Assembly: GCA_036271535.1 (NCBI GenBank)
Contig: DATBAM010000022.1
Coordinates: 3,784-67,783 of the forward strand
Direction of reading: 5' to 3'
Origin: Steroidobacteraceae bacterium
Lineage (GTDB): Bacteria; Pseudomonadota; Gammaproteobacteria; Steroidobacterales; Steroidobacteraceae
Length of the DNA stretch: 64,000 bases
Shown: positions 40,290 to 49,066 of the stretch, in pieces
Numbering within the stretch: the stretch's first letter is position 1
Layout: each line of letters starts with the position of its first letter
Notes under the pieces: model-generated
What the model saw: only the letters and a program-made list of their open reading frames with translations
Told to the model about the DNA's origin: nothing
Database searches by the model: none
Position numbers and translations under genes: made by a program

Positions 40290-41138
40290 ATGTCAGCCGT
40301 TCTCAGCTCGAAATTCAGCGCGACCAACATGTCGAAGCACATCGGTGCCCGAATCGATGCCGACAGGGCGACCCTGCTCAGCGGCGAGAGCGCCTCCGAC
40401 ATCCGGGCACTGCTGGAGCAACGCGGCGTCCTGCTGTTCCCCGAGATCAATATGACCGACGAGGAGCAGATCGCTTTCACACACACGCTGGGCACGTTCG
40501 CGCACGAGGGCGGCGAGGATGGCGCGGGTAAGGACACGGTCTATCCGATCACGATGGACGCCTCGATCAATCCGAACGCCGACTATCTGAAAGGCGCGTT
40601 CTATTGGCACCTCGATGGCACGATGTCGGAGAAGCCGATCCTCGCGTCGATCATGAGCGGTCGCAGGCTATCTGCCACCGGTGGAGAGACGGAGTTCTGT
40701 AATACCTATGCGTCCTGGGATGCGTTGCCGGAGGATGAGAAGAAAGAATTCGAATCGCTCAAGGTCGTCCACGCCATGTGGCGCTCGCAGCTCTACTGGC
40801 GGCCGGAACCCAGCATCGAGGAATTCGAGCGCTGGCAGACCCGAGGCAAGAGCACGCTGCCGCTCGTCTGGAAGCACCGATCCGGCAGGCAATCGCTGGT
40901 ATTGGGCGCCACGGCGCTGCAGGTGGTCGGCAAGGACATCATCGAGAGCGAGCGCATCCTGATACGCCTGCGAACCTGGGCCACTCAGCCGCAGTTTGTC
41001 TACCGGCATCATTGGAAAGTCGGTGACATGGTTATCTGGGATAACACAGGCACCATGCATCGCGCGTTGCCCTATGCGATGGACAGCGGCAGGCTCATGC
41101 ATCGGACCAAGCTGCAGGGTGAAGAGTCCTTCGCGTGA
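40290..41138 (+). CDS. TauD/TfdA-family Fe(II)/2-oxoglutarate-dependent dioxygenase
   Basis: HxD in YWHLDG, a distal His in DNTGTMHRA and RLMHRT. AGGAGG lies 6 nt upstream of the ATG. Confidence 0.82.
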   Translation: MSAVLSSKFSATNMSKHIGARIDADRATLLSGESASDIRALLEQRGVLLFPEINMTDEEQIAFTHTLGTFAHEGGEDGAGKDTVYPITMDASINPNADYLKGAFYWHLDGTMSEKPILASIMSGRRLSATGGETEFCNTYASWDALPEDEKKEFESLKVVHAMWRSQLYWRPEPSIEEFERWQTRGKSTLPLVWKHRSGRQSLVLGATALQVVGKDIIESERILIRLRTWATQPQFVYRHHWKVGDMVIWDNTGTMHRALPYAMDSGRLMHRTKLQGEESFA

Positions 41139-41191
41139 GAGGAATTCCCCAGAGAGTGCGTCCATAGAAGTAGCAGTGAGCGCCGCACCTG

Positions 41192-41737
41192 TCAGCCAGG
41201 TGCGGCGTTGGCGATGACCAGCCGATAGCCTAGATCCAGTTCGCTACGACTCAGCAGTTGGCCGTGGCGCCGCAGCCAGGCGCCGTCCTCGAGGTCACGG
41301 CGCAAGCGCTCCAATTGACGGGAGATATCGCCAGTCTGGGAAAACGATGAGATCGCACCGCGAGCGTTCGCGTCGAGATACATCGCCGGGCGTCGCCAGT
41401 ATCGCGCCATTTCCTTGAGGCCCGCATCGAGATTGGACCAGTGATGAGTAGTCAGAAAAGCGGTTGCCGCATCAAAGCTCGCGTCCGGGAATGGAATCGC
41501 TTCGGCGCTTGCCTGGATAGCCCTCGCCAATGAGGCAGGGCGCTGCGCGATCATCTTCCCGGAAGGGTCGATGGCAGCCATATGACGGCCGGGCACTTCA
41601 TAAGATCCCGTCCCTGCACCGACGTTGATGATGTGCTGTGCGCCGGTCAGAGCCGTATCGATCAGCGCAGCGATCCGCGGGTCCGGCCTGCGATGCTTTG
41701 CATAGTTCAGACCGATAGCATCGTAGAGAGCATTCAA
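41192..41737 (-). CDS. Class I SAM-dependent methyltransferase, apparently internally truncated (possible gene remnant)
   Basis: Motif I INVGAGTGSY and motif II PFPDASFDAATAFLTTHHW are present. After LKEMAR the expected beta5-7 part of the fold is missing. Only 181 aa. Confidence 0.6.
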   Translation of the reverse strand: MNALYDAIGLNYAKHRRPDPRIAALIDTALTGAQHIINVGAGTGSYEVPGRHMAAIDPSGKMIAQRPASLARAIQASAEAIPFPDASFDAATAFLTTHHWSNLDAGLKEMARYWRRPAMYLDANARGAISSFSQTGDISRQLERLRRDLEDGAWLRRHGQLLSRSELDLGYRLVIANAAPG

Positions 41738-42049
41738 AGCGACCTCCAGAGAGCGCGTGTGACTTTAGACATCGGGGCGATAGTTTCCTTAACGAATGCT
41801 TAACGGGCACGAATTCGTTTTCAATCGCATAGGCATCGATAACGAATCATCGCGCATCTGTTGCGGAAGGTTGTAGGGCGCGGACTGCAAAATTCTTAAA
41901 ATCAAGCCACTTTCAAGCACATACGGCTTGGCCGCGAACCGCACGTAGGTCTTGGGGAAGCGAGCTTTTCTGCTCGGCTTATGGGTGCCGCGCTCGCGGC
42001 CCGGAACAATGGCCCCATCGTCAATCAAGTGAAGTTGGGAGTAGCAGAC

Positions 42050-42922
42050 ATGATGGATGTAGCAGGAAACAGCACGCAGAAGAACACTCCGAAGATCGTC
42101 GTGGGCGTTGCCCTTGCAGTGGCTGCGGCCGTCGGCATCTCGGTTTTCTCCGTCAGCGCACATCGCGAACAGGTAGCGGCCCAGAATCACCCGGCGGTCG
42201 CCGCGAAACCGGCCGCGGATGCGTCGCCGAACTTCACCACACCGGACGCGCAGACGGCGGCCAACGCCGCGCCGAATGCTGCCGCACCGGGCGCTGCTCC
42301 TGCGGCACCCGATCAGACCGCGATGGCTGCAGCGCCGGCGCCGGCGGCAGCAGCGGTAGCGCCGACGCCGCCAGCCAGTAGTGTCGCAAGCAGCGCTGCG
42401 CCGTCCAACGCATCGTCGAGTGCGTCGTCGAGCGATGACTCTGCCAAGGCGTCGAAGCCGAAGGCCGAACATCATGTGGCGCGCAATCACCACAGCGACG
42501 ATGCCACGACCACCGCTGACAAGCGTAGTGCGGCAGACAAGACACCGGCCGTCGCGGCTTCAGGGCCGGCCACCACGTCGGCTGCGAACACGTCTGCTTC
42601 GGACGCGAGCACGTCGGCAACAGCTTCGGTTCAGCCCGCTGACCGGTCGTCAGCTGCTGCGACCCCCACGAACGATGCGACCATGACAGCCTCGACCGCG
42701 CAGCCGGCGGCCTCGGATACCGAGATCACGGCACAGGTGAAGTCGGAAGTCGCGACGGCGGCGCCCAATAGCAATGTCGAAGTCCGCACGGCCAATGGCG
42801 ACGTGGCACTGGCCGGCTCGGTGCCATCACAGGACGCTGCCGATCAGGCCAGGCAGGCAGCGCTTCGCGTCGCCGGCGTGAAGCATGTCGATGCCTCGGG
42901 GCTGAGCGTCAGTAACCAGTAA
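42050..42922 (+). CDS. Membrane-anchored BON-domain protein with long Ala/Ser/Thr/Pro low-complexity region
   Basis: ATG at 42050 follows GGGAG. TM helix IVVGVALAVAAAVGISVF, then about 200 aa of low complexity, then a C-terminal BON-like module (ITAQVKSEVA...VEVRTANGDVALAGSVPSQDAADQARQAALRVAGVKHV). Confidence 0.7.
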   Translation: MMDVAGNSTQKNTPKIVVGVALAVAAAVGISVFSVSAHREQVAAQNHPAVAAKPAADASPNFTTPDAQTAANAAPNAAAPGAAPAAPDQTAMAAAPAPAAAAVAPTPPASSVASSAAPSNASSSASSSDDSAKASKPKAEHHVARNHHSDDATTTADKRSAADKTPAVAASGPATTSAANTSASDASTSATASVQPADRSSAAATPTNDATMTASTAQPAASDTEITAQVKSEVATAAPNSNVEVRTANGDVALAGSVPSQDAADQARQAALRVAGVKHVDASGLSVSNQ

Positions 42923-42949
42923 ATCCCCCACTGCCGTAGACGTCGAAGT

Positions 42950-42983
42950 GAAGGCCGGCGGCGATGATTCGCCGCCGGCCTTC
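42950..42983. terminator. GC-rich perfect hairpin between convergent genes (14-bp stem, 6-nt loop)
   Basis: GAAGGCCGGCGGCG-ATGATT-CGCCGCCGGCCTTC, read directly. It lies between the BON gene stop (42922) and the peroxidase-like gene stop (42997). There is no clear T-tract on either side. Confidence 0.5.
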
Positions 42984-42996
42984 CAACGTCACTGGA

Positions 42997-44535
42997 TCAG
43001 AGGGCCTCGAGGAATGCCACCAGGTCCGACTGCTGCTGCGGTGTCAGACCGATCTGGAAGCGTTGATTGTAGAACGTGACCACGGTGGCGAGGTCTTTCG
43101 CGGAGCCGTTGTGGAAATACGGCGCCCTGGCCGCGAGGCCACGCAGGATCGGTCCCTTGGTCTTGCCGATGTCGGTCCACTGACCCGAGATCATGGCCTT
43201 GCCAGGATCGGTCGTCTGGACAGCACTGCCGCTGGTCAGATTCTTCAGCGTGTAAACAGGCAGATTCGAGATGTCCAGCGCCGTGTTGGCGCGGCCGTCA
43301 TTGTTGACCGGATGCGCGGCCGTGGTGCCGATGTTGATGGCCAGCGATGTCGAATGATTGCCGACGTTCGGATTGTTGTGGCACAGCGCGCAGCCGGTGG
43401 TGATGTCCTGCCCCGCGAGCGGATCGGCAGGGTTGTATAGCGGGTCCGAGGGCACGCTGTTGAGTCCAGGAACGTCATGGACGACGAACTTGGTGTTGTT
43501 GAATATCGCTTCGCCGCGACCGATCGCCTTCTGCGCCGGTCCCAATCGCAAGTATCCAGCGCTGCCAGGCTCCCAAGACGAGTAAATCGTGAACACGGTC
43601 GTGGTGAATGGAGGATTCAGGGGATCGTTGATACCGATGTAGAACGCTGGCGTTACGGTGTTCTGCATATAGTCGGAGCCGCCCTCTGCGCCGAACGTCA
43701 GCAGTGCCAGCCCGCCTGGCTGCAGATAGACCGCTTGCGCCGTGTAGAGCGAGTTTTCGAACGCTACGATATCCGTCTGCGCCTGGCTGCCGACGATCGA
43801 TGCGCCCTGTGCGTGGCCGGTCGTCGCATCATCAGCCTGGTGGCCCAGGTCGAATAACAGGGCTGACGTATTCGTCTCCCCGATCTGGGTCGTGATCTTG
43901 TCGACCGTCTCGCGGCCATCCCACATCACTGCCGATAGCAGCAGCAGATTGGTTGAGGGCAGCGGGCGCCTGAACATGAACAGGTTGTTCTGATTGGCCG
44001 GTGAACCCGGCGGTATCGCGCAACCCTTGGGATTGGTCGTCGACGCCAACGCATAATTGGCACTGGCGGGGATCGCCAGCTCTATCCTGATCACTGCGTA
44101 GTTCAGGACCATCGATGAGTTCTTGTTGTTCGGCCGCTGTGCTGTTGTATCGGGCGGGCAATCGGAACCGTCGACAGGAGCGAACAGCGGATCGTCGTGC
44201 GCAAGCTGCCTGGCATGCGAAGGTGTGAAAGTCCAGGCGTCTTCCTGTACGTGACAGGTGCCGCAGGTGCGGCCGTTGGTGCCAAGATTTGCGAAGAAGC
44301 CGTTGGTCTTGCCGGTGCCGAACCGGTTGGCCGAGGAACTTTGCAGCACGCCGAACTGATCCAGCGTGATCGGCGGATTGCCGACGTTCGAGTTGCCGTC
44401 ATTGCTCCCATTGCCGCCGGCCAGCACAGCAAGACTGACGGTCGACGAAAAGATGCCGGCTGCCAGCTTGCTGACAGCGGAATGTCGTGGTGCGCGGCGC
44501 ATCCGGTCCGCGTCTTGATCTGCTTTCTGATTCAT
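42997..44535 (-). CDS. Di-heme cytochrome c peroxidase (CCP/MauG)-family protein
   Basis: Two CxxCH motifs (CGTCH, CALCH) and the C-terminal APYFHNGSAKDL motif typical of the CCP family. An N-terminal signal/anchor is present. Confidence 0.75.
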   Translation of the reverse strand: MNQKADQDADRMRRAPRHSAVSKLAAGIFSSTVSLAVLAGGNGSNDGNSNVGNPPITLDQFGVLQSSSANRFGTGKTNGFFANLGTNGRTCGTCHVQEDAWTFTPSHARQLAHDDPLFAPVDGSDCPPDTTAQRPNNKNSSMVLNYAVIRIELAIPASANYALASTTNPKGCAIPPGSPANQNNLFMFRRPLPSTNLLLLSAVMWDGRETVDKITTQIGETNTSALLFDLGHQADDATTGHAQGASIVGSQAQTDIVAFENSLYTAQAVYLQPGGLALLTFGAEGGSDYMQNTVTPAFYIGINDPLNPPFTTTVFTIYSSWEPGSAGYLRLGPAQKAIGRGEAIFNNTKFVVHDVPGLNSVPSDPLYNPADPLAGQDITTGCALCHNNPNVGNHSTSLAINIGTTAAHPVNNDGRANTALDISNLPVYTLKNLTSGSAVQTTDPGKAMISGQWTDIGKTKGPILRGLAARAPYFHNGSAKDLATVVTFYNQRFQIGLTPQQQSDLVAFLEAL

Positions 44536-44773
44536 TGCAGTTCTGCTCTCCCTAGCTTATGTGAGACTTTCTTATGTCGATTGCACTCAATCGCATGTGG
44601 CTGCGACTCGCGCCGTCTCCCAGCGGCATTAAGTAAACGTGCAGACCCCGTCGACGATGCTCTGTTTGCTCGCCTGTTGAATTATCGCTGCATCATACAC
44701 GTGCAACGCGAGCGCAGCCGTTGTGTACTCTGTGTGATCGTTCACAACTCACCACATCGATGAGGGCGGCCAT

Positions 44774-45547
44774 TTGAGCAAGCGGCTGGCAGGCAGAACA
44801 GCATTGATCACGGGATCCTCGCGTGGCATCGGCGCCGCGATCGCGCAGTGCCTGTCAGCGCACGGTGCGCACGTCGTGTTGCATGGCCGCGAGCACTCGT
44901 CGCGACTCCAATCGGTATGCGAATCGATCAAACAGCAAGGCGGCGACGTGCGAATCGTGATCGGGGACCTGGAGACGGAGGAGGCGCCGATAAGAATCGT
45001 GCGAGAAGCGTATGCATTCGGCCAGTCGCTCGACATCCTGGTCTGTAACGCGGGCGGTGGGCGAGGTGGCCTGGCGGTCGAGCATGATGCCGCCTCGGTG
45101 AACCGGATCCTGGCGCTCAACCTTCGCGCCGTCATCCTGTCGGCGACCGAATATGCCCGGCTGACGCACAGTCCGCATGGCCGCGTCATCGTCATCTCAT
45201 CGGGTAGTGCGACGCATCCCGCGAAGGGCGCGACGATCTATGCCGCTGCGAAGGCCGGTGCAGAAGCATTCGCGCGTTCGATCGCGCAGGAAGTCGGTGA
45301 CCGGGGCATCACGGTGAATTCGATAGCCCCTGGCATGACGCAAAGCGATATGGTCGTCGACCCGCGATGGGCCGAAGGTGTCGGACGCTGGGCCGCACTA
45401 CGGCGAATAGGGCAGCCGGAGGACATCGCCGACATCGCGCTGTTCCTGGCGTCCGATGAATCCCGCTGGCTGACCGGAGCCACGCTGCCCGCCAATGGCG
45501 GCTTGATCACCACCGCCGCCAACATCATCGCCAGAATGTCTGGCTAG
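44774..45547 (+). CDS. Short-chain dehydrogenase/reductase (FabG-like)
   Basis: TGSSRGIGAAIA cofactor motif and YAAAKAG catalytic YxxxK. TTG start as in the track. Confidence 0.85.
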   Translation: MSKRLAGRTALITGSSRGIGAAIAQCLSAHGAHVVLHGREHSSRLQSVCESIKQQGGDVRIVIGDLETEEAPIRIVREAYAFGQSLDILVCNAGGGRGGLAVEHDAASVNRILALNLRAVILSATEYARLTHSPHGRVIVISSGSATHPAKGATIYAAAKAGAEAFARSIAQEVGDRGITVNSIAPGMTQSDMVVDPRWAEGVGRWAALRRIGQPEDIADIALFLASDESRWLTGATLPANGGLITTAANIIARMSG

Positions 45548-45587
45548 CGCCACAACGCCTGCTGTCTATCGAGATCGTCGATACGTT

Positions 45588-46808
45588 CTACCATAGCGGC
45601 CGTTGCTGAAGCGCCGCACGCCGCTCGCGGATGAGGTGCTCGCGCTGCTCGGCGGTCACGCTGGGTGTGTCCTTCGGCAGATATCGACGCAGCTCTGCGA
45701 TCCGAACCTTCTGCATCGATGGGAGGGGCTGCTCGTCGCAATCAAACCAGCGCCCCTGAATCATCCCGCGGGCGTAGCCGGCGGTGTCGAGCCAGTTGGG
45801 AACACCGGGATCCTGTGCCGAGATCACCGCACGCAGCACGCCGTCTCGATCCGCATCCGACTGCGCGTCATTCAGGCTGCTGTGATTGTTGTACCAGTCG
45901 GTGGTCTCATACAGTTCATTAGTCAGGATCAGCGAGCGGTAAAGACATTTCGGTGGCAGCTTCGATTCGAGGATGAGTGCCTCGTCCGGCTCCAGGTTGT
46001 AGGTACCCTCATAGTAGAATTGGCCGGTGAGCCCGCCGATCTTCGACATGTCGATCATCTTCAGCTGATTGACGTAGCCCTCGGCCCGCAGCTGCTCGAA
46101 GCGATCGACGAACAGCAGCGCGATGAACTCGATCGCCGCGGGCAGATGGCGCAGCCTCGACTCGAGATCACTGCCGGCGACGCGCGGGCGTGCCACGGGT
46201 TTGTCGATCCGTTCGACCGACAAGGTAGGCGGCTGCTCGTGCAGCCAGTCGGCGCTTACCATGCGCACCAGCAGCTTGTTGGTTTTCGCTTCGAGCTTCC
46301 ACCAGGGCCCCTGATGTCCGGCGGGCAGGTGCCTGCTGAGAATGACATCGAAGCAGCCGTCCGAGTCGATCGGCAACGTGCTGAAATCGTGCGCGGTGCG
46401 CGGCGAGCCCGGCTCGCCGGGCTTGAAGTCGGTATCGCCGGGACTGGGCGGCGACTGCGAAGCGTTGAACATCCGCAAGGTACCGCGCCGGCCACGCAGT
46501 CGATAGGTGCCTTCGGGTGACATGCGCACGATGCGATAGGCCGTGTCAGCGTTGGGTTGGCCGACATTCAATATCTGGCCGATCTGCGGCATCGCGGTTG
46601 GATGATCCGGGTCGGCGCCAAGCGATCCCAGCGCGGAAGAGGTCAGTGCCTCAAGCGCAAGGCGACCCACTTCCTGCTGAATCTGCGGATTGCGGCGCTG
46701 TTCTTCCGGCAGCCGCGCCAGCATGCGCGCGGGCAGCGTACGAAGACTCTCGATGAGTTCATTCCACCCGGCAACGAGCGCCTGTGGATCGGTGGTCGAA
46801 GCGGACAT
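45588..46808 (-). CDS. Conserved hypothetical protein, possibly DUF1214-like
   Basis: The 504-aa track ORF is trimmed to the ATG at 46808 (MSASTTDPQ...). The stretch LPPKCLYRSLILTNELYETTDWYNNHSSLND resembles the DUF1214 core pattern from memory. No catalytic motif recognised. Confidence 0.5.
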   Translation of the reverse strand: MSASTTDPQALVAGWNELIESLRTLPARMLARLPEEQRRNPQIQQEVGRLALEALTSSALGSLGADPDHPTAMPQIGQILNVGQPNADTAYRIVRMSPEGTYRLRGRRGTLRMFNASQSPPSPGDTDFKPGEPGSPRTAHDFSTLPIDSDGCFDVILSRHLPAGHQGPWWKLEAKTNKLLVRMVSADWLHEQPPTLSVERIDKPVARPRVAGSDLESRLRHLPAAIEFIALLFVDRFEQLRAEGYVNQLKMIDMSKIGGLTGQFYYEGTYNLEPDEALILESKLPPKCLYRSLILTNELYETTDWYNNHSSLNDAQSDADRDGVLRAVISAQDPGVPNWLDTAGYARGMIQGRWFDCDEQPLPSMQKVRIAELRRYLPKDTPSVTAEQREHLIRERRAALQQRPLW

Positions 46809-46887
46809 TCTTCCCCCGGCAGGTATGTGGACGGCGGAGGTCATGATACCGTTGCATGACAACGACGCAGAAGAATATGGAGATAAC

Positions 46888-47649
46888 ATGCATAAGCGCT
46901 TCACGGACCGGGTAGTCGCCGTCACCGGCGCGGGTGGAGGCCTGGGGCGCGCATCGGCACTGGCGTTTGCGAAGGAAGGCGCGCAACTGGTACTGCTCGA
47001 CATCGACGATGCGCTGATGCAGCAGACAGCAACGCTACTGCGCAGTGCCGGCACTACCTGTTCGACGCATCGTGTCGACCTCAGCGTCGAATCGGATATC
47101 AAACGCGTTGCGGCGGAAGTGTGCGCGAAGTATCCGAAGCTGCACGTTCTCTACAACAACGCGGGCCTTGCTTATGGCGAGATAGCGTACGGCTTCATCG
47201 ATCTGAGCATGGAGAAATGGCTGCGATTCTTCGCGATCAACAGCGTGGCGCCACTGCTGCTGGCGCAGGCGCTGCGCCCATCTCTGGCGGCCGCCCATGG
47301 AGTGGTGCTCAATCAATCATCGATGGCGAGCAATATGCCTGGCACGGCCTATGGCATCACCAAGGCAACGCTGAACTCCATGACATTCGGTATGGCACAC
47401 GCCTTCGCCAAAGACGGCATCCGTGTGAATGCGATCGAGCCAGGGATCATGGAGACACCGGCCAACCTTGCCGGACTTTCGGATGAAACCTATAAACGGG
47501 TGCAGGGCATGCAGTTGCTGAAGCTGCACGGCACCGCGGACGACATTGCCAATCTCGCCCTGTTCCTCGCGTCCGACGACGCGCGCTTCATCAACTGCGA
47601 AATCGTCAGCTGTGATGCCGGCAATGGTCTGCGCGGCTGGCGCCACTGA
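46888..47649 (+). CDS. Short-chain dehydrogenase/reductase
   Basis: VTGAGGGLGRASA and YGITKAT (YxxxK). ATG at 46888 follows GGAG. The upstream part of the track ORF overlaps the divergent gene. Confidence 0.85.
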   Translation: MHKRFTDRVVAVTGAGGGLGRASALAFAKEGAQLVLLDIDDALMQQTATLLRSAGTTCSTHRVDLSVESDIKRVAAEVCAKYPKLHVLYNNAGLAYGEIAYGFIDLSMEKWLRFFAINSVAPLLLAQALRPSLAAAHGVVLNQSSMASNMPGTAYGITKATLNSMTFGMAHAFAKDGIRVNAIEPGIMETPANLAGLSDETYKRVQGMQLLKLHGTADDIANLALFLASDDARFINCEIVSCDAGNGLRGWRH

Positions 47650-47670
47650 AGCGTCGGGGCGTGCCTGCTG

Positions 47671-48612
47671 ATGGGCATGACCGAACGTGCAACACCACTA
47701 TATGGCGCGATCGAGGCCGGTGGCACGAAGTTCGAGTGTGCAATCGCGCGAGGTGCGGACGAGATCGTAGCTCGTACGCGGATTGCAACCACCGATCCGC
47801 GCGCGACCTTCGATGCAGTGCTGCAATTCTTTGCCGGGCATGAAGCGCAGGGGCCGATCGAAAGCTTTGGCATAGCCTCGTTCGGACCGTTGGATCTCGA
47901 CCCGCGATCGCCGGCCTTCGGCCGTCTGCTGGCGACGCCCAAGCCGGGCTGGCGTGATGTCGATATGGTCGGCGCGCTTCGCTCCCGTTTCACGCAACCC
48001 ATCGCGATCGATACCGACGTCAATGCAGCGGCGCTGGCGGAATCGTTGCAGGGCGCGAATCGGACGCTGCAGTCACTGGTCTATGTGACGGTGGGAACGG
48101 GCATCGGCGGCGGCGCCATCAACGGCGGGGAGCTGCGGCAGGGATTGTGGCACCCGGAGATGGGGCATATCGGTGTGCGGCGACACGCGCAGGATCAATC
48201 GTTTGCCGGCGTCTGCCCGTTTCATGGCGACTGTCTCGAGGGGCTTGCCAACGGACCTGCGATCCTCGCGCGCTGGGGCCGGCCGATGAGCGAGCTGCTC
48301 ACGAACGAGCTCGCTTGCGACATCATCGGCGGCTACCTTGCACAGCTGGCGGCAAACCTGGTGCTGCTGATCGCCCCTGAGCGCATCGTCTTCGGCGGCG
48401 GTGTGATGTCCGGAGGCGCCCTGTTACCGACTGTCCGGCGGAGCCTTACGGCGCAGCTGGCCGGGTATATCGTTCATCCGCGACTCGAAGGCGACCTTGC
48501 GCAGTTCATCGTGGAGCCAGTGCTGGGTGAACGCGCAGGCCTTACCGGTGCGATCGTGCTGGCGATGCGGGCCGGGAGTCACGGGGGCAGGCGCGATATC
48601 CATGCCGGCTGA
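47671..48612 (+). CDS. ROK-family sugar kinase (fructokinase/Mak-like)
   Basis: YGAIEAGGTKF N-terminus, DTDVNAAALAE and the zinc motif CPFHGDCLEG. Confidence 0.82.
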   Translation: MGMTERATPLYGAIEAGGTKFECAIARGADEIVARTRIATTDPRATFDAVLQFFAGHEAQGPIESFGIASFGPLDLDPRSPAFGRLLATPKPGWRDVDMVGALRSRFTQPIAIDTDVNAAALAESLQGANRTLQSLVYVTVGTGIGGGAINGGELRQGLWHPEMGHIGVRRHAQDQSFAGVCPFHGDCLEGLANGPAILARWGRPMSELLTNELACDIIGGYLAQLAANLVLLIAPERIVFGGGVMSGGALLPTVRRSLTAQLAGYIVHPRLEGDLAQFIVEPVLGERAGLTGAIVLAMRAGSHGGRRDIHAG

Positions 48613-49054
48613 CGTCGATTTCATGCGTGTCGCACTCGAGCAGGCAGGCGCTGCGGCCGCGGCCGGCGAGGTGCCGGTCGGTGCGGTGCTGGTATCAGGT
48701 GGGACGGTGATCGCGACCGGCTCGAACCGTCCCGTTGCGGCGCACGATCCCACCGCGCACGCCGAGATCGAAGCGCTGCGCGCCGGAGGCAGGGCGCTGA
48801 AAAGTTACCGGCTTACCGATACGACGCTCTATGTGACCCTCGAGCCGTGCCCGATGTGCGCCGCGGCGCTGGTGCATGCGCGGGTGCGGCGTGTGGTATT
48901 CGGGGCGTTCGATCCGCGCGCTGGCGGGGCCGGCAGCGTGGTCGACATCTTCAGGCTGCCGGGCCTGAATCATCGCGTGGATGTGTTCGGGGGCGTACTC
49001 GAGGAGGACTGCGGCGCATTGCTGCAGCAGTTCTTCATCAGCCGTCGCGGCTGA
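48602..49054 (+). CDS. tadA: tRNA adenosine(34) deaminase
   Basis: HAEIEALR... and TLEPCPMCAAAL deaminase motifs. The ATG at 48602 overlaps the ROK gene end by 11 nt. Confidence 0.92.
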   Translation: MPADVDFMRVALEQAGAAAAAGEVPVGAVLVSGGTVIATGSNRPVAAHDPTAHAEIEALRAGGRALKSYRLTDTTLYVTLEPCPMCAAALVHARVRRVVFGAFDPRAGGAGSVVDIFRLPGLNHRVDVFGGVLEEDCGALLQQFFISRRG

Positions 49055-49066
49055 GAGCCGACGGTC

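Noticed and set aside
41801-41820. Possible sigma54 promoter (GGGCACGAATTCGTTTT)
   Set aside because: It does not fit TGGCAC-N5-TTGC, because the -12 GC element is absent at the required spacing.
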